Source: Octopus bimaculoides
Lineage: Eukaryota
NCBI RefSeq assembly: GCF_001194135.2
Contig: NC_068983.1
Coordinates: forward strand, 10,711,065-10,746,154
Direction: 5' to 3'
DNA: 35,090 bases
The notes under the pieces were generated by a model. That model saw only the letters and a program-made list of their open reading frames with translations, ran no database searches and was not told where the DNA came from. This document shows, piece by piece, positions 1 through 10,875 of this stretch (position 1 is the first letter of the stretch; each line of letters opens with the position of its first letter). Made by a program: the position numbers and the translations under genes.

Positions 1-368
1 CTTGCTTACCAACCACATGGTTCCGGGTTCAGTCCCACTGCGTGGCACCTTGGGCAAGTGTCTTCTACTATAGCCTCGGGCCGACCAAAGCCTTGTGAGT
101 GGATTTGGTAGACGGAAACTGAAAGTCCGTCGTATATATGTATATATATGTATGTGTGTGTGTGTCTGTGTTTGTCCCCCCAACATTGCTTGACAACCGA
201 TGCTGGTGTGTTTACGTCCCCGTAACTTAGCGGTTCGGCAAAAGAAACCGATAGAATAAGTACTAGGCTTACAAAAGAATAAATCCTGGGGTCGATTTGC
301 TCGACTAAAGGTGGTGCTCCAGCATGGCCGCAGTCAAATGACTGAAACAAGTAAAAGAGTAAAAGAGT
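1..368 (+). mobile_element. SINE family A copy, 5' end cut by window edge
   Basis: B-box-like GGTTCAGTCCC, body, internal TA/TG microsatellite and (GTAAAAGA)n tail; near-identical to 30673-31031 and 5193-5563. Confidence 0.92.
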
Positions 369-859
369 AATAACATATATAACATATATGTATATAACAT
401 ATATAATACACATATATGTATATGTATATATACACACACATATATATATATATATATGTATGTATATATAGACATATATGTATAATATACATATACATAT
501 ATATATATATATACGCACATATATAACGTATGTATTATATATATAATATAATATCATCCCCACCACTTCTACTCTCACTTTCTTGAAAGATTTTTATGTT
601 CAGAGGCAGGTAGAACACACAAGACTGCTCATCCGTGCAAATCTGAACAATCTGAACATCGTAGCTGCACGAGTAATTGCATTTATTATTAGCATGTGCA
701 CACACACGCTCCAAACAAAAGAAAAGTGTACACAATACATTGTACAGAGTATATATTTATAGGAAAACAGTTTATGATCCATTTGTACATTGCTTAAAGT
801 TTTCACACACACACGTAAAAGTATCTTGGTATCTCATCAGATGGTTTCACGACTGGAAC

Positions 860-1500
860 TGTAGCCGTATATCTCTGGTAAGGCCATTCCGTGTTGTTCG
901 TTAGTAAAATCGGTTCTTATTGGTGAAAGAAGATAATTATACAGAGTGTTTTGCACGCTCTAAACGGGGATACCAAGCTGTAAGAGAAATTATCCAGTTG
1001 ATGTGTATACTCGTCATCAAAGGAAACTACTAGACATGGTTTGTAACTAAAAATTTCCTTCATGTCTTGAAGTTTCCAGTTTTGATTGCTTGACTAAGAA
1101 TGTTCAGTAGGCTGAAAATTCTCCGGAATGAATGATCGTTTGTGACAAGACTTAGAACAAATCTCAGATTTTCAATTGAAGAACGTTGTAGACTGCTTCA
1201 GTATCTGGAACTTTTCAGACAGGCTAAGTCTACAGTTACGTAGTCAGTTGAAATATGGAGTAAGAGTTCTGAGAAGAAGATTGGAAGTTATATAAAGGTG
1301 GTTTTGGTTTTAGTCATTGAGTTGTAGGTAAATCTGATCAGGGAAATGAAGTTTTTCTTTTTCATAGGTCTAAAGGAATACAAATGCTAATCATAACGTG
1401 TTTTGAGGGTCGTTAACATTGAACCCATAATAGCTTCTATGGATAGCGTTGGGTGGTGTAATTGATACTCATTGTACCATTCCAACTGAAAGGCAAGATC
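860..1500 (-). pseudogene. Possible heavily decayed LTR-retrotransposon (BEL/Pao-like) integrase region
   Basis: Minus-strand translation with several stops: MGSMLTTLKTRY...LPIFFSELLLHISTDYV...FVLSLVTNDHSFRRIFS...TGNFKT...INWIISLTAWYPRLERAKHSV. Motif order loosely follows a BEL integrase core. By-eye match only. Confidence 0.3.
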
Positions 1501-1947
1501 CCATGAGAAAGCAAATAAATTTGTTTCGATAGTTGTAAAATTACTTTTACGATTGGCGATGTGTCTATATTTTGTTAAAGTTTGCATTTGATAGTGGAAG
1601 CGATGTTGACTATGTAAAACTAGTTAACCTTGAAACTATGTGTCATGAGAAGCTTTTCATATTTGTGTGTAGGCGGAACGTGATGTCTTGTTAAGGACAA
1701 GAAATATTAGGTTATGTCCGAAGAGACGTCTAACATCATTTATCTCACATCTTAACCATAAAGTTTCTGAAGAATATTTTTTATTTCTTTCTACATAATA
1801 CATTTATTCACAATAGCACTGTGTTATTAGAATCTGTATCATTATGTAAACGATATTATACCAGTATCAGTGTGTTTACATTTTTTTATGAGATAGACTC
1901 TTCGTAACTCGAATAGCTGAGCGGTGAAGTAAGCGACCCCAATCTGC

Positions 1948-1984
<37 letters not shown>

Positions 1985-2475
1985 CATACATATGCACACA
2001 CACACGCGCGCACGCATATGCACGCACACACACACACATATACATACACATACGTGTGATCTTATGCATAAATATATCTACGTATGTTTATATGTATGTC
2101 TTTCCAGCTTCATTTCCAATTCATCCCATATGCATACGTAGAAACATTCATATATAAAAGCGTACTTACATACATACATACTTTTGCGTGCAGCGCGCAC
2201 GCGCGTATGCGTATTTGGTAGTAAATACTCACATTAAGTAGTAAACATTAATAAAGTATATTGTCAATAAATTAACCTTCATAAATGTAGGATACTATTT
2301 TAGCAGTTTGAAAAACCACGTAGATGCTCCATTCTCGTCTTGTATAGCCTAATAAGAAAATGTATGTATTGCAACAGCCAGCTGTATCCCTCATTAGAAA
2401 AAAATGAACTGTTATACCGCTGTCATTAAAGAAGTTCTCTGTTAACAAATTTTAAACCATCCCATTAAAGTTGAG

Positions 2476-2891
2476 TGAAATTTAATTTTACCAAACTTTC
2501 TACCGCAAGCTAGGGAGACAACTTTTCCTAACTGCAACAAAATGTTGTGTCCTATTTACTAGTAGTTACGGATTGCACCACGTGACCTAAAATGGCCTTT
2601 GCAACACGTGACCTAAAATGTGTGAATAGCTTGATCCAGATTAGCAAAACTAAAAGTTCTGTTAATCTGTCAGATTGTTTAGACACTTCAATGCAGAGCG
2701 TTAGGTCAGTTTTAACTAACTGTCAAGGCTAATTGTCACTGATGTTAAGGAACGCTCGCTTTTATTGGCCATTTTAGGTCACGTGGTGCAATCCGTAACT
2801 ACTAGTAAATAGAATATAGGATGCATTTTGTTGCAATTGGAAGAAATGATTTCCCTCGCTTGCGGTAGAAATTTTGGTAAAATTAAATTTC

Positions 2892-2892
<1 letters not shown>
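2476..2892. mobile_element. MITE-like foldback element with ~122-126 bp terminal inverted repeats
   Basis: 2476-2597 is the reverse complement of 2767-2892; the inner 46 bp (CTATTTACTAG...AAAATGGCC) match perfectly. No TSD recognised. Confidence 0.85.
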
Positions 2893-2930
<38 letters not shown>

Positions 2931-2948
2931 GTTAAAGTCTGTCTTACC

Positions 2949-2988
2949 GGCCATGACGAAGGGAAATAGCCCTGAAACTCGAGTCGCC
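2949..2988 (+). ncRNA. Minimal type I hammerhead-ribozyme-like motif (Penelope-type)
   Basis: GGC-C(A)TGACGA-AGGG aaatag CCCT-GAAA-C tcga G-TC/GCC. Stems I, II and III all pair, the stem III loop is palindromic and the cleavage triplet is GUC. One extra A lies in the core. Confidence 0.72.
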
Positions 2989-3292
2989 TTTATATATATA
3001 TATTTATATTTATATATTTATATATTTGATCCTTTATATTGAACACTCAATATTTCATCTACATTCAATACTTTCTTTCATGGTGCCATCCATTTTTATT
3101 TTATTTTATTTTATATTGTATATTGTATATCATATATATTGTATATTCCATATTCTATACCCCACATTGGTTCTGCAGGAATATAAATAAAACATAAAAA
3201 ACAGACAGTGTTGGAACTCTTTTAAACAAAATAATATATTCCTCTATACACAATCATACAAAAAACCCACCTTTTTTGTATTTATTTTTACT

Positions 3293-3332
<40 letters not shown>

Positions 3333-3599
3333 NNNNNNNNNNNNNNNNNNNNNNNNNNNNNNNNNNNNNNNNNNNNNNNNNNNNNNNNNNNNNNNNNNNN
3401 NNNNNNNNNNNNNNNNNNNNNNNNNNNNNNNNNNNNNNNNNNNNNNNNNNNNNNNNNNNNNNNNNNNNNNNNNNNNNNNNNNNNNNNNNNNNNNNNNNNN
3501 NNNNNNNNNNNNNNNNNNNNNNNNNNNNNNNNNNNNNNNNNNNNNNNNNNNNNNNNNNNNNNNNNNNNNNNNNNNNNNNNNNNNNNNNNNNNNNNNNNN

Positions 3600-3649
<50 letters not shown>

Positions 3650-3964
3650 GAGCAAATATACAGTCTTATACACATACGCATACTCATACACACACACATT
3701 TATATATATACGTATTTACATATCTGCATGCGCACATCAGAGCCTATAAGTAAAACACCGGTGCACATAATGGTTGTCATGTGTTGCAAAGGTAAAATGT
3801 TTCTGTTTCAATTGCTCATGTTTCTACCTTTCCACACCCAAGTTGTTGGTAGTTAGATACTTTGCACTTGTTATTTTAAAGAGAATGATTTGAGTCTGTT
3901 ATGTAAATAGAGGAGATGAACACCTGGTCGAATCGTTAATGCATCGAGCTAATTGCTAAAGAGT

Positions 3965-4555
3965 TTAAGGATTTCCTAAACGATCCCTGTGCTGTGTCGT
4001 ATAGCTAAAATATTCAACTTCCGCTAACTTGTTCGATTCAGTTGTACGATTAATCCCTTGTGCAGCTTCAATATATTGCTGTAAACAACTATGAACTGTT
4101 AGAGTTAACGTAGGAATTCCTACCTGGTTTCTTAGCCTAATTAAAATAGCCAAATGTCCCTCATATAACATATCCTACTGTCTTAAAAGGAGGAAGAATA
4201 ATGTACTTTAAGATACCTTGTCCGAAATAAGGAAAGACTTGATTGTTATGACTGCAATACTTTTAATCATTAATTTACTAAAAGAGAGTTAACCTGAGTT
4301 TAAACAACATTAAGGTGTCGCTCGTGGCTGCTAAACTTGCTAAAATAGCAGCAAATCTCTCTCGAATCACAAATTCAGATTGCTTAATAAAGTATTATAT
4401 ACATGGTTCGAAAGTAAGAGTCGAGACGGTTACGACTGAAACGCGTTTATTAATAGTTCTACTCAGTCAGTGTTTACCTAATTTTGACAACGACGAAATA
4501 AGCCAACGTGAGAACCTCTGTACAATTACACAATCCTTATAATCGGCTGACATTT
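3965..4555 (-). pseudogene. Possible decayed BEL/Pao-like pol fragment (pre-integrase region)
   Basis: Minus-strand frames: RFSRW...EFVIRE...PYFGQGILK..IILPP...EGHLAILIRLRNQVGIP, in the order of BEL motifs RFSSW/ELLLIR/PFLD-GILR/PIILP/HAG-LR-FWIP. Many stops. Confidence 0.3.
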
Positions 4556-4564
4556 TAGGCGAGG

Positions 4565-4680
4565 TAGCATTCGGTTAAATTGCCCTCAGTACAAGACGCT
4601 TGCTGATTTTATGGATCCTGGAAGGATGATTAGCAATTCTGAACCGACTGAGATTAGATCTGAAAATATAAGTCAAAACT
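4565..4680 (-). mobile_element. Degraded SINE family D fragment
   Basis: Aligns loosely to 24285-24385 (taaattg.cctc; ttttat.ga.cc.g..aggatga). Confidence 0.5.
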
Positions 4681-4758
4681 TTGATTAAGTACCACAAAGC
4701 CTTTTGACCATTTGATCCTGCTTATCTCAAAGCACTTATTAATAAAGGATGCGTTGAC

Positions 4759-4954
4759 GGTGGTGGATTGGCACAATGGTTACAGCATCAAGGAAAATAC
4801 ATTGTAATATTTATTAACAACTCCCTACCGAGATCATCATTATCTTTTGCCTCTTCGGAGTTGAAAAAATAAATTATTGACAAATTACCGGAGTCGATTT
4901 AATTAACCAACTTTTCCCGCGAAAATTGTTGGCCTTGTACCTAATTAGAAATTG
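4759..4954 (+). mobile_element. Degraded SINE family D copy
   Basis: Head ggtggtggattggcacaatggtt, gagtcgattta and ggccttgtacctaa end resemble the reverse complement of 31171-31394. Confidence 0.6.
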
Positions 4955-5175
4955 TTAATTAACGATGCGTTAGCTTTCAATGATGTGTTGGTTAACGAGC
5001 TGTTAAGCGTAAGAGTTAATGATATTGCTTATTTACGTATGTTTGAGAGGTAGAGAAAGAGAGTTGTTTTAGAGTTAGAGGCATGTTGAAATGATATCTG
5101 TATTTCAAGGTTATTTATATAGAGCGAGCTGAGATCTGGGGAGATCACAGAACCTCAGAGAAAATCTAAATTAAC

Positions 5176-5563
5176 GGCTGTGTGGTAAGTAGCTTGCTTA
5201 CGAACCACATGGTTCCGGGTTCAGTCCCACTGCATGGCACCTTGGGCAAGTGTCTTCTACTCTAGCCTCGGGCCGACCAAAGCCTTGTGAGTGGATTTGG
5301 TAGACGGAAACTGAAAGAAGCCCGTCGTATATATGTATATATATTTATATGTATGTGTGCCTGTGTTTGTCCCCCCAACATCGCTTGACAACCGATGCGG
5401 GTGTGTTTACGTCCCCGTAGCCTAGCGGTTCGGCAAAAGAGCCCGATAGAATAAGTACTAGGCTTACAAAGAGTAAGTCCTGGGGTCGATTTGCTCGACT
5501 AAAAGGCGGTGCTCCAGCATGGCCACAGTCAACTGACTGAAACAAGTAAAAAAGTAAAAGAGT
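5176..5563 (+). mobile_element. SINE family A, near full length
   Basis: A-box-like GGCTGTGTGG, B-box-like GGTTCAGTCCC, gtaaaagag tail; highly similar to 30645-31031. Confidence 0.93.
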
Positions 5564-5609
5564 ATTAAAATTATCATAAAATAATCAGAAACGATTCTAT
5601 CTACAGATA

Positions 5610-5909
5610 GTGGCTGCGTGGTAAGAAACTTGCTTCCCAATGACATGGTTCCTTGTTCAGTCCCACTGCGTGACACTTTGGCAAGTATCTTTTACTATAA
5701 TCTCGAGCTGACCAAAGCCTTTTGAGTGGATTTGGTAGACGGAAAATGAAAGAAGTCCATTATGTGTATCTATCTATCTATCTATCTACTACACACACAC
5801 ACACACACAGACACGCACGCACGTGTGTGTATATTTCTCTCTGTGTTTGTCTCAGGCCCCCGCCGGAGTGCTTTGCGGTTCGGCAAAGAGAGACCGATAG
5901 AATAAGTAC
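5610..5909 (+). mobile_element. SINE family A, 3'-truncated and fused to a family C body
   Basis: A sequence runs to gatagaataagtac, then switches to acctaaagctccacgagg of family C. Confidence 0.85.
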
Positions 5910-6190
5910 CTAAAGCTCCACGAGGCTCTGGCAGGGGATGGTGGCGAACCCTGCTGTACTCTTTCACCACAACTTTCTCTCACTCTTACTTCCTGTTTCT
6001 GTTGTGCCTGTAATTCAAAGGGTCAGCCTTGTCACACTCTGTGTCACGCTGAATATCCCCGAGAACTACGTTAAGGGTACACATGTCTGTGGAGTGCTCA
6101 GCCACTTGCACGTTAATTTCACAAGCAGGCTGTTCCGTTGATCGGATCAACTGGAACCCTCGACGTCGTAAGCGACGGAGTGCCAACAAT
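5908..6190 (+). mobile_element. SINE family C, headless copy
   Basis: Near-identical to 9826-10100 and 28266-28520; ends gacggagtgccaacaat. Confidence 0.9.
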
Positions 6191-6252
6191 AATCACCGTA
6201 TTAATTATTACTTTATCTCTTAATTTTTATCTTTTACTTGTTNNNNNNNNNN

Positions 6253-6269
6253 ACACACACACACACACC

Positions 6270-6326
<57 letters not shown>
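6253..6326. repeat. (CA)n microsatellite next to a 10-N gap
   Basis: Direct reading. Confidence 0.95.
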
Positions 6327-6329
<3 letters not shown>

Positions 6330-6330
6330 A

Positions 6331-6481
6331 CAGGTTTCCGAATAGTTTCCGTCTACCAAATTCATTCACAAGGTAACGGTCGACTCGGAGCAGAGTATAA
6401 GACGCTTGCTCAAGGTGCCGGACAGTGGGACTGAACCCGAGATCACGTGGTTGCAAAGCGAGCTTTATACTACACAGCCAT
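6331..6481 (-). mobile_element. SINE family A, 5' half
   Basis: Reverse complement of the A head and body (tggctgtgtag...ggttcagtcccact...tttggtagacggaaact); stops at the (CA)n tract. Confidence 0.85.
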
Positions 6482-6682
6482 CTTCTTTAGACGTAGATGT
6501 CTGAGATGAAGATGAGGAAGTGGCTTGGCATTCTGAGATATTGTAAGAATTGGTTGCAGGTGACAATGCTTTCGGTATATTTATTTTGGCACAGATATGG
6601 CTGTTTGTTTGTGAGAGAGAGAGTATTTAGTTTCTAGAGGACAACAACCAGCTGAGAGACATGCAGTTTACAAGTAGCGGGT

Positions 6683-6722
<40 letters not shown>

Positions 6723-6752
6723 GCCACCACCACGATTACTACCACCACCACC

Positions 6753-6802
<50 letters not shown>
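6683..6802. repeat. Compound (CTA)n-(CCA)n-(CTA)n microsatellite
   Basis: Direct reading. Confidence 0.95.
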
Positions 6803-7794
6803 ACTATTCTTTTTCTTTCCTCTTCATTCTGTTTCTTTTTTCTCATCGTCTTCTTTTCTTTGTCTTCTTTATATTTCTGAAATTTTTTTATAAATAANNN
6901 NNNNNNNNNNNNNNNNNNNNNNNNNNNNNNNNNNNNNNNNNNNNNNNNNNNNNNNNNNNNNNNNNNNNNNNNNNNNNNNNNNNNNNNNNNNNNNNNNNNN
7001 NNNNNNNNNNNNNNNNNNNNNNNNNNNNNNNNNNNNNNNNNNNNNNNNNNNNNNNNNNNNNNNNNNNNNNNNNNNNNNNNNNNNNNNNNNNNNNNNNNNN
7101 NNNNNNNNNNNNNNNNNNNNNNNNNNNNNNNNNNNNNNNNNNNNNNNNNNNNNNNNNNNNNNNNNNNNNNNNNNNNNNNNNNNNNNNNNNNNNNNNNNNN
7201 NNNNNNNNNNNNNNNNNNNNNNNNNNNNNNNNNNNNNNNNNNNNNNNNNNNNNNNNNNNNNNNNNNNNNNNNNNNNNNNNNNNNNNNNNNNNNNNNNNNN
7301 NNNNNNNNNNNNNNNNNNNNNNNNNNNNNNNNNNNNNNNNNNNNNNNNNNNNNNNNNNNNNNNNNNNNNNNNNNNNNNNNNNNNNNNNNNNNNNNNNNNN
7401 NNNNNNNNNNNNNNNNNNNNNNNNNNNNNNNNNNNNNNNNNNNNNNNNNNNNNNNNNNNNNNNNNNNNNNNNNNNNNNNNNNNNNNNNNNNNNNNNNNNN
7501 NNNNNNNNNNNNNNNNNNNNNNNNNNNNNNNNNNNNNNNNNNNNNNNNNNNNNNNNNNNNNNNNNNATATATATTTATATATATATATATATATATGTAT
7601 GTATATATATGTAAGTTCCCTTGTTTCAAAATATAAGCACCGTCAATAGCCAACTGGGGACGATGTTTCCTGGGGCTAAATAACAGTAACATTCGTCCTA
7701 ATCGGGACTTCCGCATTATGTTGGCAAATAATCTTTACTCCAGAGTACTGTAACTGAATGTTTCTCGTTCAGAGATTTAGAAATAATAATTTCT

Positions 7795-7831
<37 letters not shown>

Positions 7832-7842
7832 CGTACGACGAG

Positions 7843-7949
7843 CTTCCACAGTTTCCGTCCTCCGAATTCCCTCACAAGGTACCGAAAGGCTCGTGGTTAT
7901 AGCAGAAGACACCTTCCCACCCAAAGTGTCGCACAGAGGAACTGAACCC
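7843..7949 (-). mobile_element. Degraded SINE family A fragment
   Basis: cagtttccgtc...ctcacaagg...gaagacac...actgaaccc matches the A reverse complement; adjacent to (GT)n. Confidence 0.7.
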
Positions 7950-8018
7950 GCTGCACAGTACCTTGTAGATTTTCCAAGCATGACTTCGCTTTGCCAAATG
8001 TTAAATCCTCCTGTTTTT

Positions 8019-8277
8019 AACGTTAAGCAACGCATAGCCGTTAAATTCTTTAATGACACAAAAGCAGTTATCAACTCCGCTTATAAAAATGCCTAACTGG
8101 ACTACATCATTTATTCATCCGTTTACAGCTAAAGAAAATAAAGAACTCCCACAGAAAAGGAAGTTCACCTGCTTAAATGCATCACGGGAGTGTTCTTCGG
8201 TGCATCTACTTTTCGATATTTTTATCATCAAGGCATCCTGCAAATATCTAGAGACAGCACCGAACGATTTCTTTTTA
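8019..8277 (+). pseudogene. Internally deleted mariner transposase remnant
   Basis: NVKQRIAVKFF resembles the N-terminal EQRxxIKF motif; FYHQGIL resembles FFDxxGI; YLETAPNDFFL resembles YSPDLAPxDFFL. Confidence 0.45.
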
Positions 8278-8771
8278 ACCAGAAAAAAAACGTTTATATT
8301 TATTTATTTATTTATTTTGGCACAAACTAAAGCAAATTCACAAGACGCTGCTTCATTCATCGCAAAACTTTCATAACTTCTTTCAACAAATGTATATTCT
8401 GTCTACTTTTGATTTCTGTTTTTTTTTAAATCTCATATTTTTTCCATAACCCAGATCCAAGTTTTAGCTTCAATTTTGCCTTGTATTTTAGTCTCATGTT
8501 GTGAATTGTCGAGTCTACCAAGATTATGTTTTATATTATGTGAAACACTATTTTCACAATGAACAGTGGTTTTGCTGAAATACAATAAATAAGAACTCAC
8601 TTCCCACTGTTCATTGATTTCACACAATCACCTGCTTTTCTTTTGCACTGTGATGGGTAAAACCAAAGTAAGACAATGTTTCCGCAAATGTTCACAAAGA
8701 ACGAACAAAGAAGAGCTGTGTTTAGCGTAGGAGTATCAACTGTAAACTGACTAGCAGAAAGATGCGCTCTA

Positions 8772-8898
8772 CAGGGTGTCCACAAAGTCTGGGTATATGG
8801 AGATTAACACATACTTTAAGAAATTATTATTTCTTATATTTAATTGTTTATGTTATGATTTTATTTACTCCATGTACCCAGTCTTTGTGGACACCCTG
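8772..8898. mobile_element. Tc1/mariner-type MITE, 127 bp
   Basis: 31-bp TIRs CAGGGTGTCCACAAAGTCTGGGTATATGGAG (29/31 match); TA on the left, AA on the right (probably a mutated TA TSD). Confidence 0.85.
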
Positions 8899-9360
8899 AA
8901 CTGTCACTGGCTGCTCTCTCTTGATCAAAACCAGTATCAAATTTGTATTAAATAATTATGAACGTGTGTGTAAAGCCGCCATTTTCAATCATTCAATACG
9001 TCACTTTCGGCGCATACGCCGTAGGTTAACCATCCTTGACATGATTGATGAATTAGCCACACTTCTAGCATTCTATAGTATTAGCCCTTACTTGTTATTG
9101 TTTAAATCAGGTCAACTCCGACTATGCAGACCTATGATCAAGAACGTCCCAAGCGTGACCAACAAGTCTATTTTGGACATATGCATCTAGATTAACAATA
9201 CTTTCTTTTTAAATGTCTACATTTTTTTTAGGTAGCAGACTGGTATATCTTTGGGTTTAATTTCACAGAATCTGTAATGGCTGTTAAATCTAGCAAAACA
9301 TTTTCGACCCTATCCCTTCTATGCATCAGATATTTTGTTGTTTCGGGTGATCGGATCACG

Positions 9361-9780
9361 TTCGTAAGGTCATGAGTTCGATTCTCGGCGATGCGTTGTG
9401 TCCTTGAGCAAGACACTTTATTTCACGTTGCTCCAGTCCACTCAGCTGACAAAAATGAGTTGTACCTGTAATTCAAAGGGCCAGTTTTATCATTTTCTGT
9501 GTCTCGTTGAATCTCCCTGAGGTCTGATCAAAATGTATCGGGACTGTTGTTATGGTAACGGAGCTAAAGTACACAGAGTGAAGCCGCTTGACACAGGATA
9601 ACCTTGAACTCTGTCGTGAATACACACTAAGTTATAACGTTCTCGCTCACTTCCGTTATATTAAGAGTACGCGTATCTGTAGAGTGTTCAGCCACTTGCA
9701 CGTTTATTTCACGAACAGGTTATTCCGTTGATCGGATCAACTGGAACCTACGCCGTCGTAACCGATGGAGTGTCAACAAT
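9361..9780 (+). mobile_element. SINE family B, 5'-degraded, interrupted by a 140-bp mariner-end insertion
   Basis: B box GAGTTCGATTCTC, gcgttgtgtccttgagcaagacactt body and the shared B/C tail; colinear with the reverse complement of 33151-33480 apart from 9518-9660. Confidence 0.88.
9518..9657 (+). mobile_element. Solo mariner 5'-terminal fragment
   Basis: 133/140 identical to the reverse complement of 10734-10873; begins TGAGGTCTGATCAAAA, like the TIR at 10273. Confidence 0.88.
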
Positions 9781-9800
9781 TTGTTGTTTCTTCCAGTACT

Positions 9801-10111
9801 TTGTGAGTGTTTATTGAGCGAAAACACCTAAAGCTCCACGAGGCTCCGGCAGGGGGTGGTGGCGAACCCTGCTGTACTCTTACACCACAACTTTCTCTCA
9901 CTCTTACTTCCTGTTTCTGTTGTGCCTGTAATTCAAAGGGTCAGCCTTGTCACACTGTGTCACGCTGAATATCCCCGAGAACTACGTTAAGGGTACACGT
10001 GTCTGTGGAGTACTCAGCCACTTGCACGTTAATCTCACGAGCAGGCTGTTCCGTTGATCGGATCAACTGGAGCCCTCGTCGTCGTAAGCGACGGAGTGCC
10101 AACAACAACAA
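9801..10111 (+). mobile_element. SINE family C, 5'-truncated, with (AAC)n tail
   Basis: Matches 28241-28520 and 5908-6190. Confidence 0.92.
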
Positions 10112-10272
10112 TTCCAAGAGTAGACATCACCAACTTGGTATAAGCTTTACTGTGAGGAACAACATGCTGCCTAAATTGACAGAGACAACGGTTGGCTTCA
10201 GCGAGCAGCTAATGTCACATTATGTAACAGACATGTCCCGTTGCTGAGTGTCTCTGCATGCATACATGTCTA

Positions 10273-10556
10273 CGAGGTCTGTTCAAAAAGGTGCTATAAA
10301 AAGAAAACTACAACACATATCAATTGGGCGTTTAATTACCTTCGAAGTCGTACCCTTCTGAAGTCGTACACTTTATCCAGCGTGGTTTCCATTGGTGGAA
10401 GCAATTCCGGAAATCCTTTTTTGAAATAGCGAACAGCTGCCTCGTCGTATTGTCTTGGATTTCCTCGACGTCTTGATATCTTGTTCCTTTCAAGTGGGAT
10501 TTGATTTTCGGAAAGATTCTTGGCCATAATAAATAACCTTCAAGTCGTGTCTCTTT

Positions 10557-10644
<88 letters not shown>

Positions 10645-10875
10645 TTTTCTCTGCTAAAGCCACTGATGGAACCTCGTTGGTGCAGTGAGACGACCACACT
10701 CTACACACTTTACTTCCAAGCGCTACTATAAACAACGGAAGTGAGCGAGAACGTTATAACTTAGTGTGTGTTCACGACAGAGTTCAAGATCAACCTATGT
10801 CAAGCGGCTTCACTCTGTGTACTTTAGCTCCGTTACCATAGCAACAATCCCGATACATTTTGATCAGACCTCACG
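10273..10875 (-). mobile_element. Non-autonomous mariner with C-terminal transposase remnant and internal (CA)n at 10558-10641
   Basis: TA|CGAGGTCTGTTCAAAA left end and TTTTGATCAGACCTCACG|TA right end. Minus frame IFPKIKSHLKGTRYQDVEEIQDNTTRQLFAISKKDFRNCFHQWKPRWIKCTTSEGYDFEGN* is a typical mariner C-terminus. Confidence 0.9.

Noticed and set aside
6-578. 190-aa ORF and similar ORFs ending ...PEPCGW (also 30676-30861)
   Set aside because: These are antisense translations of SINE A plus microsatellite; they recur because the SINE recurs.
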